NCBI GenBank assembly: GCA_050613775.1
Contig: JBODTK010000146.1
Coordinates: 310,001 to 374,000, forward strand
Source: Neocallimastix sp. 'constans'
Lineage: Eukaryota
DNA length: 64,000 bases
Direction of reading: 5' to 3'
The translations under genes were made by a program, and so were the position numbers. The notes under the pieces were generated by a model. It was given only the letters and a program-made list of their open reading frames with translations, searched no databases and was not told the DNA's origin. This document shows, piece by piece, positions 32,191 to 47,400 of this stretch (position 1 is the first letter of the stretch; every line of letters starts with the position of its first letter).

Positions 32191-33629
32191 AATTAGTAGG
32201 ATGATTTATAATACTTCTTTCTAAATACTTTATTTTTTATGAAAATATTACGAACCATCTTTGCTTTTGAATCACAGATAAACGTTTTAAACTTTTATAA
32301 GAATTATATTCAAAATTTAAATATATATATATATATATATATATAATGTAAAGATAAAATTATTTTTATGAAAAGATTTAATTTCTATTAATATTACAGA
32401 TATGATAATTCTTAAAGTAAGAAGGATATACTAAAGAAAAAAATAATAATAAAATTTAAATTCTAAAAAAATTAATATGAAAATCGAGATAGTTCAAAAG
32501 CTATTTTTGATTATTTATTATGCTATTAAAAAAACTTTCAAAGAAGAAAATGCATTTAAAAATATTTGATATTAAAATATAAAACTAATTTTATTAAAAT
32601 ATACAAATGTAAGGATAAATTTTTAAATATATAGAAAATTATAGAAAAAATAATATATTAGAAGTTACATAATAGAAATTAATAATAAATTTAAATAAAA
32701 AAATAAAATTTAAATAAATAAATTATATTAATAATATTGAAAAATAATTAAACTTCATCGAGTTTGCATTAATTTTTTTTTACTTAAAATTAGTATAATT
32801 TACTGGAAATTCCGGAAAGGAGACTTTTGGTATTTTGAATAAGATTGCAGATATTAGAAATTTTAATGTAAGGCTGTTTGTTGCTACTTCCATAGCAATT
32901 ACTTATCTAGTTGAAAATGGTATGCTCTATTGAAGTGTTGAGTCAATAAAGAAAAACAAAAAAAAGTTACTCCAATCCAAAATTAAAAGTAAGGGGGAGA
33001 AGAGAGGAAGATAAAAGCTCTAAAATAATATCAATAATTCAGATGTTATTATTGATTCAGATGCTATTATTAATCCATGAAGCTATTATTAAAAATATAA
33101 AAGTTTGTATTATAGTGCATAATTATATTTATAAATATTTAATGTATACATGATATTAGAGGGTTATCTTCTAAATAAGGAATGAGTAAACTGAACATGT
33201 TTAACTATTAAGTAAATTTAATATTAAAGAAATCAACTAATATAATTTGTTTGTTAAAAGAAACTTTTAAAAGAGGCAAATCGATTTATGAATATAATTT
33301 GTATTATAACAATAAATTTTTATCAAAAAAAAAAAAAAAAAAAAAAAAAAACTATTGATAGTTAAAACAGTTCATATTATCTATAATATGCAAATATGAA
33401 TTATTAAAATATTTCATAATTAATATGAGTTTGTTTATATTTTAGAGGTTAAGTTGGTAGTTATGTAATTAATTATAAAAAGAAAGAAAATATTAAATTG
33501 ATTTTTATAGTCAATATTTTAGAGATAGACGGTGAATAAATTTTTTTAAACGAGATTTAAACTTCTTACATTTAATTGATCTAATCACAGATGTACTTGA
33601 ATAATGAACAATGAACATTTTCCTAGTAA

Positions 33630-36600
33630 AATAGTTAAATTTCATTAAATAAATTTATATATAGAATATTTATCAAATAATATATATGATATATAATAAA
33701 AACAAAGAATCTATAACGAAGGATTTATTTAGTATTATGATTTATGATACTTCTTTTTAAAGACTTTATTTTTTATAAAAAATATTGTAAACTATCCTTG
33801 CTTGTAGGTCATAAGTAAAGGTTTAAATTTTTATAAGAATAATATACAAAAATTTAAAAAATATATATTTATATATAATGTAAAGATAGGATTATTTTTA
33901 TGATTATAAAGGAATTTAATTTTCATTAATATTACTAAAAAGATAACTATTAAAATATGAAGGATAAACTGGAAAAAAAATGTTTCAAATTTTTAAACAA
34001 ATAAATATGAAAATCAAGTTAGTTCAAAATTTATTTTAAACTATTTATTATACTATTAAAAACAGTTTTAAAAAAAATGTTATATATAAAAAATATTTTA
34101 ATAATAAAATATATAAATAATTCAATTAAAATATATATACGTAACGATTAATTTTTAAATAATGACCATATATATAACCATATATATGGTAATAACTTTT
34201 TAATTAGTATTTTTTTTTTTTTTTTTTACATTTTTGGTTTTCTTAATCTAAATTATAATAAAAAATATAAAGTAATAATAATAATAATAATAATCGTAAT
34301 AATAATAATAATAATAATAATATGTTAATATTATTTATTAAAAATTAATATAAGCTCTTTCAATATATCTATTTATTTCATCTCATAATTTTTAATACTC
34401 TGATGGAAGTTAACTTTTTTTTAATCTTAGTTAAATATTTATTAAAATTATCAATTATATCGCAGAAAAATAATGATAATAGTAATAAATAGAAAGTAAA
34501 AATATTTACAAATTGTTTAAGAAATTCGAACTAATATATTTCTTTATTTTAAAATTTAAATAAAAAAAAATAAATAAAGAACAAAATAAAAAATAGAAAA
34601 TAAAAATAAGCCTAAGTAGTGAATTAAAAATTTATAAAACAATTAAAAGTTGATTGAATTAAATTGATTTATCTTTCATTATTTTTATTTAAATATATTT
34701 TATTAAACTATATAATGTTCTAATAACGAAGAAAAAATCATTTAAATATTTAATTAAAAGATTAAACCAATAAAAATATATATTGATTCTGATTATGTAC
34801 TTCAATTGATCTAAAATAAATATGTGTAGTAACATATTTGTATATTTAATAATAATTATTAAATATTAAATTTATATCTTTTGATAATAATTTTTATAAT
34901 ATATTATAAATTATTCATTATTATATTATAATTACTATTATAATATATATTAAATTATATATTTATTTTATAATTATATATTATTATATTAAAATATAAT
35001 AATATCCTTATATTTAACTTTAATAAGATTTTTATTATATTATATAATATATTATTATGTATTATTTTATATTTATTTTATATTTTACATATAATATACA
35101 TTTATTATTTAAATATAGATATTGTATTCTTATATATATATAATTTATATTATATATATTAAATTATTAAATTTTATAATTTTAAAATGTAATTTCTTAA
35201 TAATAACCAATTTCTAATAAAATTAATTTAGAAAGGGGTTTTTAGTTTTTAGGAAAAGTAATAATAAATTAAATAAAGATATAACTATATTATTATAATT
35301 AAAATATAGCACATAAAAGTCCCGTATATCACGATAATTATTATGTGATTAACAAAAAAATATTTCATCCACATAAATTTTTGTACTTCAAAAAATTATA
35401 AAGTCTATATTATTATTATTTTATTTATTTATTTTTTTTTTTTTAAATATTTCTTTATTTTCATTTCTTTAAATTTTTTGAAATATTATGTGACCTTCAT
35501 TATACAATTATAATCTTAAACTATTTAAAGTAATGATTAGTTTTAAAATATTAAACACTATTATACTAAAAATTTTGAAACTACATAAATTCAATCTTTA
35601 TTAATACATTTTTTTAGTCATATTAAGTTTTATTATTAATATAATTAAAAGTATTTTTTTTATTTATTAATTGATTTATTTCATTTCAATTTATCTTAAT
35701 TATTTTTAATAATTTATCCAAATTATTTATATTAAATAATTTTATTAATAAAGATATAATGAAATTGCCATATTTGGAAATTCTCTATACAACTTTTTGA
35801 ACTAATTATATCTTAAATTGATTTTTTTTTAGTTTATTAAAATAAGATAATAATAAATTTATTATTATTAAATATCAATATTATCTTATTGTTATTATTA
35901 ATAAAATCATTATTAAATAATACTAAAATAATTAATAATTCTAATATAAAATAATATTATTTTTTTGAAAAATATAAAAATTTTAAGTACTTTTTATTTG
36001 ATTTAATAATTTTATTAATATATATATATATATTTTTAATATATTATTTTGTTAAATATCAAATATTATAAGAAATTTCTAAATTTTTAATTTGTCAAAA
36101 TCTGTAGTTAATCAATATTGTTATTATTTAAAAATTTTTGTAAACCAAAACTTTCTCATTCAAAATATATGAAATAAACCGTATCTTTAATGATTATATT
36201 AATATAATTAATATAATTATAATTTATTCAATACATTTTTCATAATTAAGAGACTTCAACAATTTAATAAAAAAAAAAATATTCTGAAAAAAGTATAAAT
36301 AGGATTGCTTTGTACCTTTTATGTATTTTTTTAAACATAAATTATATTGTAATATAAATTTCATAGAAAAAAAAAAAAAATATATATATATATATATGTA
36401 TAATAAATATTAATCACTTTCTATAAAAAAATATTTTTAAATCTAATTTTTAAATCATTTACTTAAAATTTTAAATCACTTCTTAAAAAAAATTTTTAAA
36501 TTACTTTCTTTAAAAAAATTTTTATAAAGCACTTTCTTAAAAAAAATAAATAAATTACTTTCTTGAAAAAAATAAATAAATCACTTTTTTTAAAAAAATA

Positions 36601-36986
36601 TTATACTATTTATTTTAATATAAAATTTTAAATATTTATAATGAATTCTTTAATTATTTCTCTTTTAATTACTCATGTATTATTATGTACTTCATTACCT
36701 GTTCATTTAAATGAAAGAAGCAATGAATCACTAAGTGGTAAGGGTGATATAACTTACTATGGTGAAGGTGGTTCTGATCCTGCTCCTACTGGACTAGATG
36801 GTGGTAGTCCTGGAGCTTGTGCTCTTGCTCCAAGGAAAAAGGATTATTTTGCAGCATTGGTAAATATTATCTATAATTAAATAATTAATTATTATATAAT
36901 AATTTTGTAAAATATATCTATCTATATATATATCTATATATATATCTTTTTCTTCTTCTTCTCTTATTCTTCTTCTTCTTCTTCTA

Positions 36987-37073
<87 letters not shown>

Positions 37074-37387
37074 TTAATAGAATTATGTCCAATATGGTGA
37101 ATATCCAAATCCAAATAATTCAGTTGTCTGTGGTAGATGTGTTAAAATAACTCATGGATCCAATGAAGTAGTTGTAGAAATTGTTGATAAATGTCCAGTA
37201 TGTCATTCAGGTGATGTTGATTTATCACCTACTGCTTTTAAAGATTTATTTGGAAGTTTAGATGTTGGAAGAGTTCATGATGTTCAATGGCATGAAGTAT
37301 CATGTGATGAATTAGGAAAATCAAAGAGTTCTAGTTCTATTAATAATAGCTTCGATAATAAAAATATTATTTCTTCTTCTTCTTCTG

Positions 37388-37453
<66 letters not shown>

Positions 37454-38290
37454 GGAATGAGGATGCTAATGAATGGGATAATGATAATAATAACAATGAC
37501 AGTTATTTAAATGATGTATCATTCAAAATTACTACGAAAACCCTTCCAAGAACGAATACTTCAACTACTAAATCTCTTCAAAAAGCTTCCACAACAAGTA
37601 AAACCAGAAAAATTTCAACTCCAATTACTATTACTACATCTACTGTTATTACAACAGTATTTACTGTTCCTATTACTACTGTGATTAATGATTTCAATTA
37701 TTATCAAGCTATTCCAACTAATCTTTCCTCAGAAAACTTTTCTTTAAATTAATAATTTTAAAAGTTAAAAACAAAGAAGACTTATTAAAAATATCTATTT
37801 TCTTTAAAAATATATTATTAATGTAATTATTATTTAATATATTAATAATAATATATGTATATATGTATATAGTTATTACAACTTATGTATAATATTCTTT
37901 ATTTTATATAAATGACACAATTCACTATATTATGATAAAAATATATATATATATCCTAATTAATTTAAATTATTATTATTTTTTATCTTAAAATACGAAT
38001 AATATTTTCAATTAAATATATACATAAAAAAATAAATAAATAAAAAATATAGTATATTAATATACAAATAATATTCATTTTATTCTACAATTTTGTATAT
38101 TTTATATATATTCCTCTTATTGTATTATGTTATTTAATTTATTTAAAATTACTATTTTAGAATTGTATTACTAATTATTAACTTTTATTTGATATTTTTT
38201 TTTCTTTTGATTGTTATTAACATATTTATTTATTTTTACAAAGTATTATTAATAAACATTAAACATTAAATATATTAATAATATTAATAT
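33630..38290. repeat. Segmental duplication, copy B (has extra segments at ~33870-34700 and ~34810-35340 relative to copy A)
   Basis: Colinear with 26820-30220; see copy A. Confidence 0.85.
36641..37752 (+). CDS. Secreted RlpA-like double-psi beta-barrel (loosenin/expansin-like) protein, copy 2; exons 36641-36859 and 37081-37752; 296 aa
   Basis: Near-identical to 28456-29678 with an intact frame. Differs in poly-Asn length, a few tail substitutions and synonymous changes. Confidence 0.9.
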
Positions 38291-38334
38291 ATATTATTTA
38301 CAGCATCAGTAAAAGTTTTTTCTTTATTAATGAA

Positions 38335-38505
38335 CCGTTTAATAAATATCATTTCGAAAGTTTACCATTAAAGTTTGCACGAGCTTTCAAAGGCATAGAT
38401 TAGTAATGAATTGAAGAAATTTACCACGAATATTAATATTATTAAGTTTTGTAGGTATATTATGAATTGAAACTAAATCGTAAGCTTTTTTGAGGTAGTA
38501 AACAC
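38335..38505 (-). mobile_element. Short degenerate LINE RT fragment
   Basis: Reverse strand reads LKKAYDLVSIHNIPTKLNNINIRGKFLQFITNL..KARANFNGKLSK, homologous to LKKAYDSVSI..TKLYNNGIRGKCHLFLRNFYLSSKARAFFNGNL at 11071-11215. Confidence 0.82.
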
Positions 38506-39208
38506 CAAATATGATCATCAATGAGACTAATTAATAAAGATAATAATAATAGCTATGAGATAAATAAAATAAATATGGGAAATTCTAATATTAAATTAAT
38601 AAAATAGAAGGATTTTAATTTTTTTTTCAAATTTATTAAAGTGTCTATATATTTAATTAATTGATTTTCTCCATATTATCTTCTTTTGAATGTTATACTT
38701 CGTTTTAAAACAATTACCCATAACTAAAGCATTATTATACAATATTATACAATAATATACAATATTATTATATCATTATAAGAAATTTTTTTTTTTTTAT
38801 AAATTTTTTTTTTTTTTTATTTATTATCATTAAAGATTTAAAAAAAAAAAATAAAGTAATTAATACATGGTAATTTTATGATAGTAGATTAAATGAATTA
38901 AATTATGAAAATCATGTTATGATATTATACATATAAAATTATTTTAATATAAAAAAAATATTAATATTTTTCTTTCATCATTATGTATAGTTTAAAAAAC
39001 AAAAATAAAAAATTTAAAATATAAGAAAAAAAACTTAAGTTAATTAATAAAATTATTAATTATTAATAGATAAACATATGTTTATGAATATTTTAATTAT
39101 GTTAATTTTATCATAAAAGAAAAAATTATAAAATTTCATTTTCATTTTCTCTTAATAATTTTTATATTTAAATTATAAATCAATAATCTTTTTTTTTTTT
39201 TTTTCTCA

Positions 39209-40594
39209 TTAAACTTTAGAAGCAATATCTTTTTCTGTAACAATTGGTTCAATTGGAAGGTTATTACTCATGTTAACAGCAGAAGCCATGTTCATTAAAT
39301 CAGCTTGAGAGTAAGAAACATAATCATAAGCAACTTCACCCATTTCGGATTGATCAACACCAAATACTTCAGCATCACGTTCAACACGAATTCTTAAACC
39401 TGGAATGGCATCCATAATCTTAAGAATAACAAAAGTAAGACAGAATGACCAGAAGAAACCAGCAACACATCCAACTAATTGGTAAAGTATTTGATTCCAT
39501 GAACCATCAAGCCAACCACCTTGTTCCTTGTAGGACAAAGCACCATCTAAGTTTTGAATGTACTTTTGAGCAAAGACACCAGTTAAAATATTACCAGTGA
39601 TACCACCAACACAGTGAACACCAAAAACATCGAGAGCATCATCAAAACCAATCTTATCCTTAATTCTAATACCAAAGTTACAAACAGTAGCAGTAATTAA
39701 ACCAATAGCAGCAGCTGGACATGGAGAAACAAAACCGGCACCTGGAGTAATACCAACTAAACCAGCAACAGCACCAGAACAGAAACCAAGTGCAGAAAGT
39801 TTCTTTTCACGATGATAATCAATAAGAACCCAAGTAATACCACCAACAGCAGTAGAAAGGTTAGTAGTTAATAAAGCCATACCAGCGCGAGCATTGGAAC
39901 CAAGAGCTGAACCAGCATTGAAACCAAACCAACCGAACCAAAGTAAAGCAGTACCTAAGAAAACGTTAGAAAGGTTGTGTGGCTTAAACTTTTCCTTACC
40001 TAAGCCTTGACGTTTACCAAGAACAATAGAATAGGCTAAACCAGCAGCACCAGAAGCAATGTGGACTGGTGTACCACCAGCGAAATCAAGAGAACCTAAT
40101 TTTCTTAACCAACCATTTTCAGACCATGACCAGAAAGCAATTGGATCATAAACTATTGTAGTCCAGATGAAAATGAAAACAATGGTTGGAAGAACTCTCA
40201 TACGTTCAGCTGGACCACCAAAAATAAGACCAGCAGTAATAATAGCGAAAGTCATTTGGAAACAAGCGAAAACGCTAATTGGAAGAGTTGGAACAAAAGG
40301 TAAGAAATCCTTTGGACCATTCATGTGACGACCAAAAGCATATTGGAAATCACCAATGAAACCGTTTTTTGAAGAACCAGAAAAAGTTAAAGAGAAACCA
40401 AACATCCACCATTGAATGGAAACAACAGCAATAGCAATGAAACAAACCATAATTAAGGAAAGAGCTGATTTAGAGCGTGCCATACCAGAATAGAAATAAG
40501 CAAGACCTGGGGTCATAATCCATACTAAACCAGTACATATGATTTGGAAAGCTACATCACCCGTATCAAAAACAACTTCGTCTTCAGCAGCCAT
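39209..40594 (-). CDS. amt: Ammonium transporter (Amt/Mep family), 461 aa, intronless
   Basis: Family motifs: MTPGLAYFYSGM, FQMTFAIIT..LI.G..AER, DFAGGTPVHIASG, LLWFGWFGFNAGS, SGAVAGLVGITP, DDALDVFGVH, E..G.D..EMGE.AY. Multiple TM segments and strong codon bias. Confidence 0.97.
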   Translation of the reverse strand: MAAEDEVVFDTGDVAFQIICTGLVWIMTPGLAYFYSGMARSKSALSLIMVCFIAIAVVSIQWWMFGFSLTFSGSSKNGFIGDFQYAFGRHMNGPKDFLPFVPTLPISVFACFQMTFAIITAGLIFGGPAERMRVLPTIVFIFIWTTIVYDPIAFWSWSENGWLRKLGSLDFAGGTPVHIASGAAGLAYSIVLGKRQGLGKEKFKPHNLSNVFLGTALLWFGWFGFNAGSALGSNARAGMALLTTNLSTAVGGITWVLIDYHREKKLSALGFCSGAVAGLVGITPGAGFVSPCPAAAIGLITATVCNFGIRIKDKIGFDDALDVFGVHCVGGITGNILTGVFAQKYIQNLDGALSYKEQGGWLDGSWNQILYQLVGCVAGFFWSFCLTFVILKIMDAIPGLRIRVERDAEVFGVDQSEMGEVAYDYVSYSQADLMNMASAVNMSNNLPIEPIVTEKDIASKV

Positions 40595-42265
40595 TTTGAA
40601 AATTATACTAAATATAAATTATTCGAGTAGATATTTATTATAAGTAATAATTTTTGATTAAAAAAAATTTTTTTTTCTTATTCTTTTGCTTTTTTAAATA
40701 TAACTTTTTATAATTATTAAATTAATAATATTATATTATTATTATAATAATTTTTTCTTGAGTAGATATTTTAAAATAAAAAAATAATAAAGTAAGAAAT
40801 ATTTTTAAAATTAAAACACAAGTTATCAAAATTGCTTAATTTAAAATAATCTTTAAATATCTTATATATAATATTAATAGAATTTACTATTATTATTACT
40901 TTGATTAGATTAATTAAATATTCAAATTATTAAATAATGAATAATGAAAAAAAAAAAAAAAATGAAAGAAAAGATTTCAATTCTTATTTATATATATTTT
41001 TTCTCTTAATATTTATTAATATTTATATAAAAAAAAATTATAAAACTTTAAAAAAAAAAATTATATATAATCAATATAATTTAATATATAAATGAATATA
41101 ATTACTTAAATCAATATTAAAAAATAATATTTATAAAATATAAGAATTAAAAGTAATTTAATATTTAAAAATATATATTTATAATTATAATTTATGATAA
41201 TTATGATTTATAATAATAACACCATTAATTCCATAAAAAAATTTTGATATGAGTTTAAAAAAATTTTTATTTTGATAAAATAAATTAAAAAGATAATTAA
41301 ATAAATAAAATATATTATAATATATTTCTAATATATTAAATTAAATTATAAATTTATTATAAATATAATATTTATATATTAATATTCAATTAAATTAATT
41401 CTGTAAAAATTAAAATTTTTTTTCTATCAAAAAAAAAAAAAAACTTCAAAAAAAAAAACATTTTAATTATATTAGAATAATATTATTTAAATTTACCAAA
41501 ATTATTGAAACAGAAATATTAAATGAATGCTGGAGCTATAAAAATAATTAGTAAAATAAGAAAATTATGCAGATTATTTTATAAATATATTCAATGGTAT
41601 AATTTAAATTTTCTAAAATAAAATAAATAAAAAAAAATTACTAAATATAAAATTTTGCATAAAATTATTTTACAGACATATCCAATAGTATAATTTAATT
41701 TTAAAAAAGTAGTAATTATATGGTTATAAAAAAAGTAATTATAATAATAAAAGTTTTAAATAAAAAAATAACATTTAAGAATTTATAATTTAATAATAAT
41801 AAAATGTATAATCATTGACTAGCAAAATAAATAAATATAAAGATAGATATAATCAGATCTATTACCAAAATAATAATTTACATACAATATATTAGTAAAT
41901 TTAATCATTATATTAATTTTTATTATTTAATTATATGGAACTAATTAATATAATTAAAAAACGTTCATTATAACACAAAAAATAAAAATATTATTCATAA
42001 ATAAAATAATATACTAAAAATAAAACAAATTTAATAAAATATAAAATATTAACAAATCAATATTTTATTACAATATATTAATATATAGTAATTATAATTG
42101 TAAATAATATTAATAGTTTTCCATAATTAATTCAAATAATTTCTTTATATTCCTCATTTACATCTTTATTAATAGAAGCAATTTGTTTTTTTTTTTTTTT
42201 TTAATTCATATGCAAAAATATTAAACAGAAAATTTATATTAAGAATATTTTATTATAAGCTTTCA

Positions 42266-42305
<40 letters not shown>

Positions 42306-42539
42306 TAATGTGTTAACTATGCAAAATTATGCATAGAATTTCTTTGGTTATTTTAATTCAGAAGTCATCCCGAAATATCAAGAAAAAAATAAAAACTTAG
42401 AAAAATATATTAAAAATATAATTTCTTTCATCTAATTAGTTCTATATTTTATTCTCTTTAGTTTATATGAAATTTTGAACAAATATAAAAATAAAAGTCA
42501 TCTTTTAAAAAAAAATTTTTTTTCTTTACTTTTTTTTTT

Positions 42540-44480
42540 TTTTTTTTTTGATAAAATCATAAAATATAAAAATATTATTAATTTTAATGGGGTACAATGA
42601 ATTGATTAATTAGGTATGAAAAGATAGGAAATATTTATATATTAAATAATTTTATGGATATTTAATAATTTAATATATATAAATTTCAATTTTTTTTAAT
42701 TATATAAAACTTTAAAAATTTTAAATAATAAAGATTTCTTTTATCAATTTCAAACTTTTTGATAAATTTTTTATTGAAATATGTTCTAATCAATATATTA
42801 TATAATAATATATTATCATAAAATAAAATATAGTTTATTATTTTAATTTTTATTTATTATTTTTTTTTTGAGAAAAATATTGATAACATAAATTAAAATT
42901 TCATTCATTATATAATAAAGTTTACCACAAAAAAAGAATTGTTTATCTTTTTTTAAGGTTGCACGAACTATATAGTATTAAAATTAATTTAATTTTATAA
43001 TTTAATTTAATATAATAAATTTTTTTATTTAAAAAAATATTTAAACCTAAGTCATTAAAAAAATATTTAATGTATTAATTGGTAAAATCTTTTTTGATAA
43101 GTTTAATAAAAAATATATATATAATATTATAAATTTTATATGATATTTTTTTTTAAAATAATTTTCTATTTTTTACTTATCAAATTTATTAAATATTAAT
43201 AATATTATAATGGCTTTTTTAAAAGGTATTAAATTTTTTTTACTATTATAGATATTATAGATATAATTAATATTATCCAAATGCTAATTATATATTAAAA
43301 TGATTATAAATTAATTATAAATTTATGTAATAACGTAAATAAAATAAATTGATATAATTAATTCAAATAAAAATTACCTATATATATTTTTATTTTTTTT
43401 AATAAAATTAAGGTATATCGAATATGCATATATGTTAATTTAAATAAACTTTTTAAATTTCATTTATTCTTACCTTTCTTTCAATAAAAAATTTTTCCGT
43501 TTTAAATTATAAACATTTTATATTAAAAAATTAATAAAAAAATTAATAATAATAAAATGATAATCCTTTATTATAATTCAAGTTTCCTTTTATGGATTAT
43601 AATTATAAAAAAAATAATTCATTTATTTAGTGTTAAAATCTTTTTTCAAATTTCAGTAATAATATTTTTGATAAAAAGGTATATGATAAGATTATTTATA
43701 TAAATCTTATTGGTTGATTCATTATATTATACTAATAATAAAAAAATTTATATTATATTGATAACTTAATAATAAATAATTTTATTATTTTAACCTTGAT
43801 TTTTTTTTATCTAATTTAATTTACATCTTTAAAGATATTAATTTATTATTTTTCAAAAAAAAAAAATAAAAAATAAAATAAAAAATTATTATCGGTTTTT
43901 TTTTTTATGTTATTAAAAAAAATAATAACTTTTATAAAAATATAAATTTATATTAAATTATTAAAAAATATATATATATATCATATTAATTTAATTATAG
44001 TAAATTTAAATTTAAAACTATTATTAATAAAATTATTATACTTTAGAATTATATACTATCATATTATTCTAATAGATTATTGATAACGCTGTTATTTGAA
44101 TATTGGAACAATATTTCCATTTAATTATATTAATTATAATTATTATTATAATTCAAATCATTACTAAATTAATTATTATATTAAAATTCAGATTATAATT
44201 CAATGATATTTCTCTTTGATAATATATTTTATAATACTTTAAAATTTAATAAAAATATTTTGTTTTTTTTTTTTTTTATTTGTTATTAATTTTTTTTTTT
44301 ATAGGATAAATTATTAATCATTTATTTATCTAAATCTTATCTAAAAAAATAAATAAAATTAAATAGTTTTTCCTTATAATTATATAAATAAAATCCCAAT
44401 AAAAATAATAATAATAATTATTATTATTATTATTTGAATTAAGACTATTTTATTTATCATAATATTCTAGATAATTAATA
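42540..44480. promoter_or_regulatory. GATAA/TTATC-rich zone upstream of the ammonium transporter (candidate GATA-factor sites)
   Basis: About 22 GATAA/TTATC sites by eye in ~1.9 kb, against about 9 in 1000-3000. Function is inferred only. Confidence 0.35.
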
Positions 44481-47400
44481 TTAATTATAATCTTTATAAT
44501 TAATATAGCTCTATTTTATATTAGTATCCAAAGTTCAATTTTTAGTATTAATTATTATAATTAGTGTAATTATTATTGTATTATTACTACTTATTATATA
44601 TAATTTACTCATTTTATTATGTTAATACTTGCATAATTTAATGAATTACTTTATATATTTATTAATTTCTTAAATAATAATAAATTTTTTTTTCTTTAAT
44701 TATTATAATTAATCTATATATAATATTATAAATATTATAAAAATAGTATTTTATCTTCTTCATAAAGAATTATATATATGTCATTATATTCATAATAGTA
44801 TCTATTATCATTAATTAAATGATTAGTTAAAATATTAAAAAGTATTAATTATTATTGATACATTTATTATAGTTATTTTATTTATCATATTTACCATCAC
44901 TATTAATTCTACTATTAGTATTATTTCTAATTCTATAATTATTCAATTATTAATTATTATTAGATATTAGTTATTTCTACTATTTATTATTAGATATTTG
45001 TTACCATGAGCAATTTATTACCCTATTAAATATATATATAAAATTCTTAGATATATTTATTTATTATCAAAAAATCAAAAGGTTTTATTAATTCTTTATC
45101 AATATGACATTTATTTATTTATTTGTTTGTTTATTTATTTATTTATTTATTTATTTACATAATTCTATGATAATTTAATGCTATTAAAAATCTATCTTTT
45201 GTATAATTTATTTTACTATTTAAAATTGATGAAAAAAGGTTATAATATACTAAATATAAAAATTTTAACTCTCTATGTACATATTAGTTTTAATTTTTTT
45301 CACTAAATAGTAATTAATAAATATTTTATTTCATAATAAGTTATATAATTCTAATTATTATTAAATTATTAGATGTCTTATTATTATACTTTTTTTTCCA
45401 TATCTAATCAAAATAAAGTGTGTCTTCATTTTATTCTATAAATAATTCTTATTAGTTATTTTGGTAATCAACATTATTTTTTTTATTGTATTATTACTAA
45501 ACTACTAATAATTATCGTATCTTATTATTAACATATCTAAAGTTATTAACTATTATATTTTGTTATTGAATGAAGTATATAATACAGCTATTATTATTTA
45601 ATTCTCTATTCTAACTATTATTATTCAAATTTTATTATATACATATACATAATTTTCTATTCTAATTATTATTATTATTACTATTAAATATTTAAATTTT
45701 AATTATTTATTTATTTATTAACCTTTTTCATTTTTTTTAATAAATTTTTTGTTTTAAAATGTTGGATTATTTTTCAATAATAACCTAACCTACTAAATAT
45801 TATTTAAATATTTTTGTTAAAAATTCTTTTATATTAAAAATTTTTTTTAAATTTTTTTTTAAAAAAAGAGATAAACCTATATCTAATGATAGGTATGATA
45901 GATATTGTATAGTATATATTTATATAATTTTATAAAAAGAAAGAAAAATAAAAAATAAAAATGAAGAAAAAATTAGAGGTATTTATAATAATTATTCAAG
46001 GATTAGGAAATAAATGGTATATAAATTATAATTTAAATATAAATAATTAAATATTAAATTGATAATCTTATTCCTGTAGCATCATATCATTAATTTGTAA
46101 TCACAATTATTTCAAAATAAATTTTGAATATATTTTTTTTTTATATATATCATTAGTTCATTTATCATGACCATGTTAAAAAATTTAAATATATACTTTT
46201 TATAATAAAAGCTAAAAGACGAGATAACGGAAAAAATGATACTGTATTATATGAAAGTTTGATATTTTTATTTTTAATATAGAATAGAATCATATTATAT
46301 ATTATAATACTAATCATATATTTAATAATAATGATCATGATTATTTTAGTTAATATTAAATAAATACATTTTAAGTATAAACATAACGAAGGATTAATAG
46401 AAATAATAATAAATAAAACTATTTATTAATTTAATCGCTCATAAATTTTATATGAGTATATTAAATATTATAAAAAAATACATTTGAAATATGATAATGC
46501 TTTTAAACTTTTTAGTTCATTTCTGTAGATATAAAATAATTACAGTAATGTGTATATAATACTCTGTAATTGACATTTTATCTTTTAATATTATTTTTTA
46601 CTATATATAATTACTATCATTCCTTTAATTCTTAAATTATTTCAAGTGTAATTAGAAATTAATACTATTAGAAAATAAAAATAACAAACTATATTTAAAC
46701 TATTATTTTTTTTCTTCGAAATTAAATATGAAAATATATATTAAATAATTAATATAAATATAATATTCTTATTTTATATTTTTATTTTTTTTTCTAGAAT
46801 GGAAGAATAATGAATAAGAAAAATAAAATTAAAGACTTATTTCAAAAAAATTATAGTGAGTTAAAATGAATATATTATTCTAATATAAACATTTTAATAT
46901 TTATATGATAATATAAATATTTTGTTATTAAGGTATCAATAATTAAATGTGTCAATACACTATGTAAGAATTTATATAATAATGAAATAATGATAACATA
47001 TTTATTGATCTATTCTCTTAACTGATTTACTAATATATAAAATATATAAATAATATATATAATTGAATTTAATGGATTTAATGGATTTATAAAGTTTTGT
47101 ATTTAATAATCCATTAAATTATGAATAATGAAAAATGGAATTAATAGACTCTAATTAGATTATTAAATAATAAAAAACGAATTAAGTTAATTTAAAAATA
47201 TTATATATATATATATATTTTATTATTTATATATTTTTTAAAAACTATATAAAAAGAAAAAAGATAAGAGAAAAAATACTTAATTAAAATTTTTTATAAA
47301 TATATAAATGTAATGAATGTATGATATATATAGTAATATGTATATATACAATAAATCCTTTTTTTTTTATTCTTTTTTAATAAAATTATTTAATTCATCA

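Noticed and set aside
32801..32830. P-loop in 'TGNSGKET'
   Set aside because: It does not fit GxxxxGK[ST], and the frame is short and interrupted.
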